Positions 1 through 12,049 of a stretch of 64,000 nucleotides of DNA are shown here, one piece after another; positions within the stretch are counted from its first letter, which is position 1; each line of letters starts with the position of its first letter. A program made the position numbers and the translations under genes. The stretch comes from Macrostomum lignano (taxonomy: Eukaryota): contig NIVC01000097.1 of assembly GCA_002269645.1 (NCBI GenBank), forward strand, positions 1,712-65,711, written 5' to 3'. The notes beneath the pieces were generated by a model. The model was not told the origin of the DNA, searched no databases, and saw only the letters and a program-made list of their open reading frames with translations.

Positions 1-75
1 ATCAACTGAAACTATATATAGCTATGAAAACAAATTGTGTGTGAGCTAAAGAAAAAAACAATAAAATTTAATCAC

Positions 76-641
76 CTGTTCCACAATCCACCGATTCCGA
101 TTGCGTGCACTGCGTTTCCCGTCAACTTCAAGGACTGCGACTTCCGACTTAATCGAAGCCAGTTCCGCGTCGCTCGATCCCGTTATTCTCTCAGCGCACT
201 GCCTGTCCTTTACCAGAGCTAAGAGTCTTGGAGTCGGAGCAGCCCTGGCCTTGTTGAGCACGGACTCTCGAGCCAGCTTGACGCCCTTCGAGATTACGGC
301 TCGTTCGGAACTCATCGTCAGCCTGTCGACCGCGGAGTTAAAGTCCGACAGAGACGTCACGTCGTCGAAGTTGGCGAGAACCTGCGCAGTCTGCGACATG
401 CCGATCAGAGCCAGTCGAGTTTTTGTGGGACCGATTGGAAATTTAGAGACCAAGGCCTTCACCTCTGAGAGCAGCCTGTCGAACTGTGTTTGAGAGCATG
501 AAGACGATGTGTCCACTGCGACCACCAAGTCCAGGTTGATGCAGGGGCTTGTCGAGCAGCTGAGCTCAATCTGATGCACCAGTATTAGAGAGCAATGACA
601 GACAGAACCTTCCAGCATCTTGGATAAGTGTTGGAGAGCAT
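76..641 (-). pseudogene. vWA-domain secreted protein, paralog 1, exon 1 (signal peptide + vWA1); rest of gene lies left of the window; two net-compensating 1-bp frameshifts
   Basis: Reverse complement matches 17398-17966. ATG at 641, donor AG|GTGATT at 75. A 1-bp loss near 587 (gctctctaata vs gctctcctaata) gives a TAA, and a 1-bp gain lies near 135. ORF 46..690 carries DLVVAVDTSSS in the correct frame between the two lesions. Confidence 0.8.
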
Positions 642-957
642 TTCGATTTGTGAGCCGATTATTCAAGTGTAAGCTACGCTTTTCTTTCACAGCTAAAACT
701 CTATGAAGTATCGCTTAAGCTGGTCCCTTTGACTTTCGTACTTATATTGAAGCTTTGCTTCGTTTGTCTTTGGCAAAAGCTCCTTTCTGTGTTACTGAAA
801 TGCGTCTCACTGTAACTGTACACGGGGATTCTGAGCAAGTAAAATATTTACTGCCATAGACAACAAAAGTTGTGACTTTCCCTTTGCAATTCTGAGTGTT
901 TTAGTTTTAAATTGACAGTGCGAAGTTGGCTCTAGAGTAAACCAACTTTCATTTCAT

Positions 958-2499
958 CGTGAGTGGCAAGAAAAAAATAAGTAATTGAATAAACTACATC
1001 GAGCCTGTCCTCTTTTACAGTCACTTTTTAAACTTTATTATGAAACATGTTGCTTAAAGCTAAAATTATCAACCCTGAAATACAGCTGTCTAGCCAAAGA
1101 TATCAAATCTCTTGTACGAACTTTGGCTAAAAGCATCAGGGCAATCTTTCATGAGCCCCATAATTTCAGAAATCCATCCGTGATACTTCAAACCTCAGCA
1201 ATTCCCTTATGAGTCACTGCATTTCAGCAATTTTTATTATGAACCATGAGGAGTACGAGATCTGCTAGCAAAATATCTGCTAGCCGAACATAATTTACTT
1301 TGCTCTCTTATCTTTGCTTTTTGATAGAGTACGCTCGTAGTAACAAAGAGTCCTAGCTTAGAGATTATACTGTTTATGCACGAGTCTGCCACAGACCCCG
1401 AGAAACTGAAATGTTGAGGCTCATGTAGGATTTTCTGGAAGGTCAAGGTGCATGAGGGATTGCTGAGATGTGGCTCAACGAGGGGAGGGGGTTGTAAAGA
1501 CGCTAAGGGTAAATTGGAAGTTGTTTGTTGGACAAGCCAAAGGTAAGTCAAAGGAGGGACAGTTAAGGTTAAGCCATGGCTCTTATGGAGGCTTTGATGC
1601 CCAAACTCCACAAGGGTGCTGGTAAACAACCAGTGGTTTTTGCAAAATTAAAATTTTGGCGACAATGAAACAATAAGTAGATGGTATATCACAGATAGGA
1701 TTTTGCGTAGTGCCTGCATCTTTTGCTCACATCGGATAGCAAAGAATTGAACTCGAAGCACGTTGTTTCTGGGCCCAGGCTGCTGCGGTTTTACAGCACA
1801 TCCGTAGCAATGGCCATGCCTTTGGGCACCGCAATTTTCTCTCACAGTATTCTGTTGTGGGGAGACGACTCTTGACCTTTGGGCCGAAACACTGCTTCGC
1901 TATTGATATGGATCGCCTCTCAGGGCAGGAAAATTGATCTGCATGCCGGTCGCCGAGATAGTGATGTAATTTGAGCATCATACGTAAATTACCTTTAATT
2001 GTCCTCAATTATTAATTGTTGTTTCTTCTATTTTTGGCTGTTTTTCAAAGTGCTTTTTGTTTGTAGAGTTTATTATTGGAAACAGGTCAAAACAGCTAGA
2101 CGCATTTCCAAAACCAGTTTGGCTCAGGGGAGGGTCGACAACTTTGCAATGTACCCCGGCTTTGCGCGACCAGCCAATCAGGATTGGCCTGGACCCCTGA
2201 CACGCGGCAAACCAGCTCTACCCAGCCTGAGAGCGCGCCGCAGGTTCAGTGCAATCCGGATTATCGAGCGGCCAGCCAGACAATCCAAATTTTGTTAATA
2301 TAAATAATTTTGTTAATAATTTTTAATAATAATTATTAATTAATAATAACAATAATGATAATAAATTATTTAAAATAATAAAAAAATTGTTAATAGGTAA
2401 TATTATTTTGTTAATAAAGTTAACAAAAGTGACGGTACAAGAGGAAAGGCTCGATGTAGTTTATTCAATTTTTTATTTCTTTTTTGCTGCCAACTCACT
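958..2499. mobile_element. Candidate non-autonomous DNA transposon bounded by ~85-bp imperfect inverted repeats
   Basis: 958-1040 (gtgagtggcaag...aattgaataaactacatcgagcctgtcctcttttacagtcacttt) is the inverted copy of 2412-2499. No TSD identified. Confidence 0.45.
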
Positions 2500-2721
2500 G
2501 TAGCATGCGCAGGCAGCCAGTTCGGGCACATAGTTTGCACTCCGCTTCCCCTTGCTCGAGCACATCCCAACTCAATGAACCGGAGATCTGAGTTCTGCCA
2601 GACAGTAAATATACAGACACAGCCACCTTCTATTTCTCCACCTTTTTGAGGGGCTAAATAAAATAACACTCGCAATAACCAGCTAGATTTGCTCGCTAAA
2701 TTTGTGGCAAGAAAGAACCCA

Positions 2722-4647
2722 ATGGCGCTACTACAGCTACCGCCGCCATCCGCATTCAGCATCAGTGCGGACCCCCACACCGTCAGCAAGCGCTGGACAG
2801 AGTGGGCCACCACACTAAAGCGATTCCTGGCAGCATCAGGAATCTCGGACGACGCCCAGAAGCAGGAAATCCTTCTGTACATCGCGGGAAAAGAGTTTGC
2901 AGACATCTTTAAAGAGATCTCAGAGATGCGTCCCGCCACTGACCAGGGAAGCCATCGACAGCTGGTACAACCGACTGTGCAACGCGGCTGAGGCCTGCCA
3001 GTTCGGAGAGCTGCGCCAGTCCTTCATCTGCTACCAGATCGTCGCCTGCTGCCGCAGCGACTCCCTCCGAAAGCGGCTGCTCAACTTGCCCAACATCAGC
3101 CTCCCGGAGGCCCTCCAGCTGGCGAGAACAAACGAAGCAGCCAGCCAGCAGGCGGCCATCATGGGGCGCTCGGCATCCGGACCAGCTGAAGAAGTGCATG
3201 CGGCTCGCGACAAGCGCCCCGCCAGGCGCCCGCCAGGCAGCCCGGCCGACAAATGCCTGCGGTGCGGAGAGCCCGGCCACCGCACTTGCAACCGGGCCCA
3301 AGGCAAGCGCTGCAGCAACTGCGGCAAGCTGCACCACCTGGCGAAGGCCTGCCTAAGCGGCCGCGCACGCATCAACATGGCAGAGCCTGAGCCAGAGGAA
3401 CCAGCAGTGGCGCACCTGGAGGAGGCGGCATTCTCCAGCCTCGACCCCAGCCGCAAAAGCGCCACCTTCAAAGCGGTCATCAACGGCTCAAACGTACCCA
3501 TTCTGATCGACAGCGGCGCGAGCTGCAATGTGCTTAGCCAGCGGACCCTTCATCTAAGTGGAGCACCCGAGCGGGCGTTTCAGCTCAAACACACAAGGAT
3601 CTATACTCTCGGAGCAGCGAGGCCCTTGACACCGTTGGCCAGATCACTCTGCACACGAAGATCAACGGCAACTCGGAGAGAGTGCGCTTAATCGTCATCA
3701 GAGAGGACTGCATCACCATCCTAGGCCTCAAAACAATCACGCAGATGGGGATGCTGAGGGTCGGACCGCAGGCCGAGCCAGCTCTCACCGCAGGACTGTC
3801 AACGACCTGCACCTTCCGCAAGACTTGCGACTGTCATCGATCATGAAGGAGTTTTGCGACAGGTTTCAAGGAATCGGCTGCATCAAGGGCGTCAGCATCC
3901 AGGTGAAGGAAGAAGCGGTGCCAATCTGCCACCCTCCGTCTCGAGTTCCGGTGCATCTTCGAACCGCCGTGGAAAAGGAGGTGAAGGACCAGCTAGCAGC
4001 CGGCATCCTGGAGCGAGTGACGGCCGGCCCAGCGCTTGGAGTTCACCATTGTGGTCGTTCCAAAGGCCTCGCCAGGTGAGATTCGCATCAAGTAGGACCC
4101 GAGGGACGTAAATAAGTACGTTATTCCAGAAAAACAGTCAATACCGACATTCGAAGAAGTCACCGACGAGCTCCACCTATTTCTCCGAACTGGTCGTTGC
4201 CAAGGTCTTCCATCAGATCGAGGTCACCGAGGAGTCACGGCAGCTGCTCACTTTCTCAACGCCTCTGGGCCTGCTTTGCCTCCAGCGCCTTTGCATGGGA
4301 CTTACTTCAGCATCCGAAATCAGCAGGCAATGCGCCTCTCGGCGGCCGGAATCCAACCGATAGAGAAAAAGCTGGAGGCTTTGGCTAACTTCAAGCAACC
4401 AGAAAATTCAACGAAGGTGTGGTCCTTCCTCGGACTTGTCACATTCGTAGCCCGCTTCATCCCAAACCTCGCCGACAAAGCGAGGCCACTTCGAGAGCTG
4501 ACCAAGAAGAACTGAAATGGTCGTGGGGCCCACAACAAGCCTCAGCCTTCCAGTCCATCAAGCAGTCGATCGCACACAGCACCACACGCTTGCCTTCTTC
4601 AACAAGAACTGCGAGACCGGGTTGATCGTCGACGCCAGCCCGACTGA
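2722..4647 (+). mobile_element. Degenerate Ty3/Gypsy LTR retrotransposon gag-pro-RT-(RNaseH start), frameshifted and truncated
   Basis: Gag start MALLQLPPPSAF..RWTEW..LKRFLAASGI; two CCHC-type knuckles (CLRCGEPGHRTC, CSNCGKLHHLAKAC); protease LIDSGASCNVL; RT RVPVHLRTAVEKEV..GILE, IPTFEEV, TFSTPLGL; connection SFLGLVTFVARFIPNLA; IVDASP. The YxDD block, integrase and LTRs were not seen. Confidence 0.9.
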
Positions 4648-6247
4648 GATATTGAAAACTTTTAAAGGAGGGCATTACTGTTGCATGTGACTAAAATCGT
4701 GGTAGGTTTAGGATGGTGAAACTGGTGATTGGTATCTAGCTTTTTTGATTACTTAGCCAGTTAAACCACGATATACGAGCTAGCTTTTGTAACGCTGGAG
4801 CCAAATAAAATGGAGCGATTAGTTTCTCTCAAATCTGTCTCTGCCAGTGCCAGTTTAGTCCATAGTAAGTAACCAAAGTAAAATACCCATTAGTGGTCCC
4901 GTTTCTAATGTTTATAAATAATAAGCTTCAATTTAATTTTGGCACAGTATGCAATTTTGAAAATTCACCCTAATAACGGTTTCCACCAGCAGGAAAGTAA
5001 CTGTTTTGTCGTTGGAAATCGGATCAAGCAATCAAAACAGTGTATTTCTTTAAAAAAGGGTACTTTTTTCCCTTTTTTCAAATATTTAATCAGGTTTCGC
5101 TCTTTCGAGAAAAAAATCATCGCAGTACCTTAAAGTACAGTTAGTTTGGAATTAAATGACGGCGTTGAATTGTTTCTTCCATATTCTAAAAATTATAATG
5201 AGCACTTTTCCACAAAGCAGTTTGAGATCATGATTTTTAGTCTTTCGTCTATAACTTCCGTATTTCAAGTGTTTAAGAATTGATAACTTCCACACTTGTG
5301 TATCTTTGAATTGCGCATCGATTGGTGCATAGTATGTATGCTTAACTATTAGCAGTATAGAAAAAATGCAAAAAAACTGTAAAAGTACATTCCCAAAGCA
5401 TGACAACAATCAAAGCATAAAATGAAGATTTCAAGAAATTGGGTTACTTTTCCACAGACGAACTTGACTCACTTTCTTACTTAAATTTATCATAGACAGC
5501 TTCTTTTCTTACCATGGACAAAGCAAACACTTTTTCTGATCAGGCTGTATTTGCACTGACGAATTTCACCTACTTAGACAAATTCGAAGTCACTTTCTCT
5601 AAAAATTTCCCATAGACACTCATTCTCTTCCCCTTGAGCGCTGTATAGTTTTGCATACGCTGACGAATTTGAACTCACTTTTGACGAATCCGAAGTGGAA
5701 AAAGTATAGTTACTACAAGAACTGACAGTTATAACTTAAATGTGTTTCTTGTTTTTGTTAACAGAATTTAGTGCTGCCTCTGTATTTCCATGTATGTAAA
5801 TATTTTCTGTTTTCTTTGTCGTTTCATAATCATACTAGTCCACCATATTACTTTTAGATGGCGTTACTTTCAGAGAAAGTCGAAAACAAAAAAACGAGGC
5901 GAAAACGACTTTGTCAATGACTTTGACAACGGGGTGAAGGGATGCTAAAAGTGAAGATCGAGCGAGACAAAAATAACTGGCTCAGTTTAGCACTCCATTC
6001 TATTCTTACCTCCATGGCTTTGACCCAGAACTTGAATTTAGACGATAGAAGAAAAAGCGCTCTCAATAAGGAACTATTTAAATTGAATAGAAAGCCGAAA
6101 ATCGACATGTGGTTTTTTCGACGCGTTTCGCACACCAAGGTATATTGTTTGAAACGAAAGGTTTGAGCAAGCGAATTTATAAATTATTTGTCAATTAACG
6201 TATGTAGCTGGTGAGTAAGTATTTTGTATGTACAAAGTAGTTGGAGG

Positions 6248-7330
6248 TTGATAGTCCGTAGGGCGGGGCGAAGACCAATAGGCAGAAAACAAAATATAAT
6301 TGAATGAGCACTGCATGGATACAACAAGGTCAGTGCTCTCTCACTCAGAATATACGGAGGACATGGCCTGCACCACTGTGTTGGAGTTGAGTATTAAGGG
6401 TGGGCGACTGGTTTTTTATATACAAGGCTTCTAAGATTTTGAGCTTGTGATCAGAGGCATGGAATATTTATGTCTAAATTGAAGTTCAATTTGTCCAATT
6501 CAAAAGTCCAACTGAAATTAAAATAGATAGTCGAAAATTGTTCCCTTTTGTCTATGGTTTCCGGCATTCATACTTGCGGTAACAATTTAATTGTTTGTCG
6601 GCTTTTTTCGATTGTTGCCGGATTTCAGACGAATGTATTTGGCTATCAAAACAAGGAACAACAATAGCAACACGGCGAAAGTGTTTCATAGTCACAAAAA
6701 GTTCTTAAGAACAAACCGATCGAATCAATTGTTTTACTTTCCATAAAAGTTGAATGTGCAGTTGTGGAACTGACCACCACAGGGAACTGTCGGAACCTTG
6801 CCACGTGAAGCTTCCCGTCTCGGTCGATTTCGGCACTGAGTCACTCTCAAGTCGGTCCAACATTTCCAGATCTTCGCTACCTAGCTCAGGCAGCCCGTTG
6901 GAACTGGACGACGCATCCAGGTTGTCCATCTCCAGAACGTAGCGCGTGCTCGACTCTCGGTGACAAAAGCCAACTCGTCCGTGGAGAGTCCACATATTTC
7001 TCCGCCAGGAATGTTTGCGTAGCGAATCATAGCTACTTTTCCTATTGATAGTCCGTAGGGCGGGGCGAAGACCAATAGGCAGAAAACAAAATATAATTGA
7101 ATGAACTGCATGGCACAAGGTCTAGTGCTCTCTCACTCAGAATATACGAACATGGCCTGCACCACTGTGTTCAGTTGAGTATTAATTTGGGCGACTGGAT
7201 TTTTTTACCCTTATACAAGGCTTCTAAGATTTTGAGCTTGTGCCATAGATGGGCATGGAATATCTGATGTCTAAATTGCAGTTCAATTTGTCCAATTCAA
7301 AAGTCCAACTGAAATTAAAATAGATAGTCG
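6248..7330 (+). repeat. Pair of ~286-bp direct repeats (6248-6533 and 7045-7330) with a 510-bp spacer
   Basis: Both start ttgatagtccgtagggcggggcgaagaccaataggcag and end aaagtccaactgaaattaaaatagatagtcg, with several small indels between them. Confidence 0.9.
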
Positions 7331-7546
7331 TTAATTAATGTCGAGTTGTCTAAATTGTATTGCAGATTTGTTGAAATTAACGGGAAAGGTGTAGTTAATT
7401 TGGGCCTTGGGGTCTTGACGTAGAGCCGACTCATGCAGGCTATCAGGCTTGGCTTTAGACAAGCTGTGAGACGAGATTGTGCTGACTCAGGCTCGTCCTA
7501 GTTCTGTAGTTGCAGTTTCAGATGGCTATTTTTTATTTAACTGATG

Positions 7547-7661
7547 AAGGCCTGTTCACAACGCCATTAAATGAGGTCAAAGTTCGTGCGATCCACAACT
7601 TGTGTACATCAAATTCAATCTTTTTGGTCGTGTGATTTGGTTGGCATTGTGAATGAGCCTT
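7547..7661. mobile_element. ~115-bp MITE, PIF/Harbinger-like termini
   Basis: Left end aaggcctgttcacaa, right end ttgtgaatgagcctt. The same end motifs recur at 9991 and 15725. Confidence 0.6.
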
Positions 7662-8444
7662 TAGGCTACAATTAATGTCACAGTGCCTGCTAAAGATTGT
7701 AGCCTGAATTCAGGTGCCTCGCCTGACGCCCGATGATGATGACTGACGTTTTGAAGAGTTTGGTAGTGAAGATCGCCTCCAAGTTATTGCAACCATTTTG
7801 GTAAATTTACGATGGCGGCTATGGTAGTATAGAAGGTTAAGCAGCTGTGCCTGTCGCTGTCGGGACTCGACGATTTAATATGATGAGGACGCACCTTTTT
7901 CAATCTTGGAACCGCACATTTTGCTTCGATACGTTACTGTCAGTAAGCTAGCTTAGGGATTTCTCTCCATTCTCTCATCTGGTCTAAGTTCTATACTAAT
8001 TTATGCCTTTACTATTAATTTTCCTAGGAACTTAATGTACTTCGCTTAGGATCCTAATTTTGGATTGTGTACGCACCTTTGAAGGTCAGACTGTCTGGGT
8101 TCGAGACGGATTGACCTCCAACAGTCTAGACAGGCGACACTAAGTCTGGGAGAAGTGTTTTCTAACCCCCCTGATTTGTGGATTTCTCACTGTTTCCCGT
8201 GATTTATGGCCGTCTAGCTGTCACTTTTGGCGCCAGCCTGTCTGGGTCAAAGAGGTCCTTCCAGCTTTCTCCCCACTCACTCTGTTACTTTCTCCTTTGA
8301 TTTATGGGCGTTTTGCTGTCACTTTTGGCGCCAAAATGTCTAGACAAGGGGCTTTTATTGCGTTTTGTTCATGATTTATGACCGCACCTGTCAACTCCCC
8401 CGGGGTCCGAAGGCCACCTGGTGGGGTGGGTTTTGGGGTCTTGA

Positions 8445-8583
8445 GCCCAGCCAATCAGAGTCGACCTGACTGCCTCCGGCTCAGCCAATCAGAAAATTCG
8501 GCGCCTATTTTAACAAAAGCTCTCAGCCAATCGGAAAATTCGGCGTGCGTTATAACTAATCGGCCGCGTGAGAGCTATAAAAG
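8445..8583 (+). promoter_or_regulatory. Pol II promoter-like module: three CAGCCAATC boxes plus TATAAAAG (probably retroelement LTR/leader)
   Basis: CCAAT at 8451, 8485 and 8527; TATAAAAG at 8576. Confidence 0.55.
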
Positions 8584-10439
8584 GCGGCAACTCGACCCGC
8601 GCTCGAGGAGAATCCTCCTTCCTCCCTCCCCCGGTGTTTTACGCTTTTAGCGCCTTTGGAGGTTTGGAGAGTTTGCCCTGCTCCGGGACGTCCTCTTCTG
8701 GTCCTGCCTGATCCCCCTTTCCCCGGCAGTTTCGGCTTTAACAGCTAAGGTCCCCCTGAGAAGCATCATCAATATCTCCCGGCAGTGATCTAAGAGCAGC
8801 AACGACTTTCGGCAAGCAAAGAGCAGCGGCGGCAATCGTCAGTCAAGATCGGCAACAGCATCCCATATGGGCACTTCGGTCTCTGTGGATTCCTTGGCCA
8901 CCGGCAGATAGGTCCTCTGATTGGTTTGGTGAGAGGCTTTCTTGACCTGCTTAACTGGGTGCACCCTTTGACTGACCCCTTCCTAGGTAGTCTGATAGGA
9001 TTTGCACTTTTGCTTACTTGTTTTTGTGTGCCAATCGCGAGGCAGAAGTGTCAGTTAATATTAAAAGTAGCCATTCGCTCTAACTCAATCTAAAGTGTTT
9101 AGGATTGCGGATTAAGTGAGAGAGTTAAATCTGGAAGTTAAAGACTTAGCGTTTTCTTTCTTTTTCGCAATGCCAGCTGAGATGAGTGGCTAGATCTAGA
9201 GGCAGAGGTCACGGTGGACCGGAAGCGGCACAGTTCCCAGTCAATGAGTCGATCTAAGAAATCATTATGTTAAGCATGCGAATTAAGTGCCAGACTGGCG
9301 CTTTCGCGCGGTCACAGGCAGTTAAGCGGCTAAAGTAAGTTAAATATTAGTCTAAATATCTCCGAAAGTGACAATGCATCTACATCATCGCTATCTGTCG
9401 ACGTGTTAACACATTTAGTGCCAAAAGCGTGCAGTTACGTGTACTTATACATGTACTTCTGGGAATTTGGTAATGAAATAGTACATGTAGTAGTGTATAG
9501 AGGCTCGCCAGCGCAAGAACCCCCTGCAGAAGTCCTCTCTGTCCCTGCATGGCCAATGCGATCTTAGTCCCAGCAGCGTCCCTTCTATTCGGCTATGACT
9601 TCGAGATTTAGACAGCTAAAAGACACTAGATGGCAGGTAAGTGCAGTGCCCCTCTAGTCGGAAGTCCGATTTCGATAGCTCCGGTTTGTTGAGCCGGGGC
9701 GCACGGACTGGTGGCAGCGAGTTAGTTGACCCGCGGGTTAGCTAATTTCTACCTTTCAAATTCTCCCTGCTTGTCTCTCGCTGTCTTCTCCTAGCTATAG
9801 GACCTTGCTGCTCGCCCACAATCTAGCTACCATGGGGCTGACCATCTGACAGGAGTGAGAGGCCAGAGCTCCCAGTGATTCATTTCTGAGTTCTGAGGCC
9901 CGAAGCTATAGGCTTAAAAAGGCCGAACCCATCAAATACTAGAGAAATAAGGTGCCAATCTTATTGTTAACTTGAATTACACTGCAGTAAAGGCCCATTC
10001 ACACCACCATCAAATGAGGCCAATTTTCGAGTGATCACAAAAAATTTCAGTTGATAATTAACGAATCTTTGACAATCACATCAGTTTTTCACGCTATCAA
10101 CTGACTTTTACGAGTGATCGCAAGCGTTCACACTTCAATCAACTGACATATACTGAGGAGAATGAGTGGGCTGGGGTTTAGAGGAGGGTAACGCAAGATT
10201 TCCAATTTGTTGCGCGAGCAATACTGAGCGCACATATCTCCAGCTGAGCCCAAAATCGTACATATTTTCAACACGTTTAAAAAAACTATTTTGTGCTTTG
10301 AATTCAATACCAGTGTACAGTCTGTATCAGAGTACTGTAGAGTGTTCTGCCTCCCGTTAAAAGTAAAAAGTAGAAACCATAGAAACTACTGTAAGTAGAT
10401 TAGTGCATGCATGCGTGCTTAAATCTGAAAATGATGTAA

Positions 10440-10660
10440 GTTGCTATTTATAGTGTATGAATCATGTTCCTATTTATAGTGGGTGAATCATGTGGCTATT
10501 CATGGCGACAGAATGATTCATGCTGCTATTTATAGCAGCGGAATGATTCATGTTACTATTTATAGTAACAGAATGAGTCATGTTACTATTTATAAACGCA
10601 ATATATCATATTTCACCTTGTAGCGCAACAAGTGAGTCATGGTGAAGAAGTCTATAAATA
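10440..10660 (+). promoter_or_regulatory. Tandem ~26-30-bp array with five MEF2-consensus sites and AP-1 sites upstream of TATAAATA
   Basis: CTATTTATAR at 10444, 10470, 10526, 10556 and 10586; TGAGTCA at 10574 and 10633; TATAAATA at 10653. Confidence 0.5.
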
Positions 10661-11452
10661 CAAGAGGCCCAACGCGGCACCGGAGCCAACTCCAGACGAT
10701 AGGAGAAGCTCCGAAGAGGGTGTCTTTAGGAAGACTCCCTGATTCACCAGTCGAACGAAAGACTTGGTCAAGTGTTGCGGTAAGCCTTTCTTATTTGCAC
10801 CAGTTGTTGTTGAGACGTCTCGCTCAAGTCTATTGTGTCTTGAGTCTATTTGAGTCTGTGGAGACTCTTGAGTCTGTTTAGACTCCCTTGGCAGTAGTCG
10901 CCCGAAGGACAACCCTAGTAGATCTTAGAGGAGCTACTAGAGATATCCGGAGCATTACCTAGAGTGCATCGAGGCACTGCTAGAAGAAGAAGGCTTAACT
11001 GATACCGCTATTAGGCGCAGGGTACCCATTGTTGATACGAAGCCTCTGATTGGTCCTGACTGCAGATACCGACCGGAAGTAACGACAAGCGGAAATACAA
11101 AGGAACCAGGACCAGAAGCAGCAGAGGAACTAAGGCGCACTCCGTAGAAAAAGCAAGTCAAGGTAAGAAGTACCTTTGTCTGATAACTGGGTTGCCTAGC
11201 TACAGAGCTAGAAGTGATTGTTCCTTGATTATCAAAGGACTGGTAATAAGGATCACATCAGTACAAAGGCCAGTGCTCTTATTGATATAACTGGCGCGAG
11301 CTAACGAAAAACCTAGCGTACTTTTTCCTGGTATTTCGATTGGCAGGGTGCCGAAGGTCGTATTTAGAGCAGGATTTCCTTGCACTTTGTTTACCTGGGG
11401 TACCAGCGGCAACCAACAGGCGCTGTTTTTCACGATTGCTCCTTTCGCCTGT

Positions 11453-11844
11453 CAGGGGTCGGCAAACTTTTTTACCCCAAGGGCCAGATAAAGAACCTAG
11501 AGCATGACTGCGGTCCGGAGGAAGGAGGAGATTAGAGGGAATAAAAAAGAAAGAAGCGAGATAGGAGAAGGGAGAGGCGAGAGAATAAAGGAGCAATGAG
11601 GAGAGAGGAGAGGAGAGATAAATTTGGCTAGGAGGAGGAAAAAAGAGAGAGAGGGAGAGTAGGAAAGAGAGAGGAGAGGAGAGAGGAGAGAAGAAGAGGA
11701 GAGAGAAGAGAGAAGAGCGCTGAGAAGAGACAAACAACGAGCGGGCCGGATCGCTATTGTGCAGTTTCAAAGGACCGCGAGGGCCGGATGAAGAGCCTTG
11801 CGGGCCGCATATGTGGCCTGCGGGCCGGAGTCTGCCGACCCCTG
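11453..11844. mobile_element. hAT (Charlie-type) MITE with purine-rich core
   Basis: TIR CAGGGGTCGGCAAAC / GTCTGCCGACCCCTG (14 of 15 match) and subterminal gcgggccg motifs typical of Charlie-type MITEs. The putative 8-bp TSD matches at only 5 of 8 positions. Confidence 0.75.
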
Positions 11845-12049
11845 GCTCATGTGATGGAAAATAATAAAATAGTTAATAACCTGACTGGTGTGATGACTCA
11901 TCAATTTTGAAGCGACAGTCAGACTAGACGGAGAGTTGTTGAAATAGAGTGGCTTGAGTTGAATTTTGTGTTGCGCAACTTGGGTTGCTGTGTAAGAGGC
12001 AAGCGACTAATGTACAGCGTTTTAGTTGATCAACTAGCAATTTACGCCC

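Noticed and set aside
101-493. Antisense ORFs over vWA exon 1 (also 17550-17792 and 35101-35688)
   Set aside because: Shadow frames of the real coding strand.
7538-7600. Hammerhead ribozyme core (CTGATGAAGGCC)
   Set aside because: No closing GGCC-GAAA or stems; the AGGCC is the MITE terminus.
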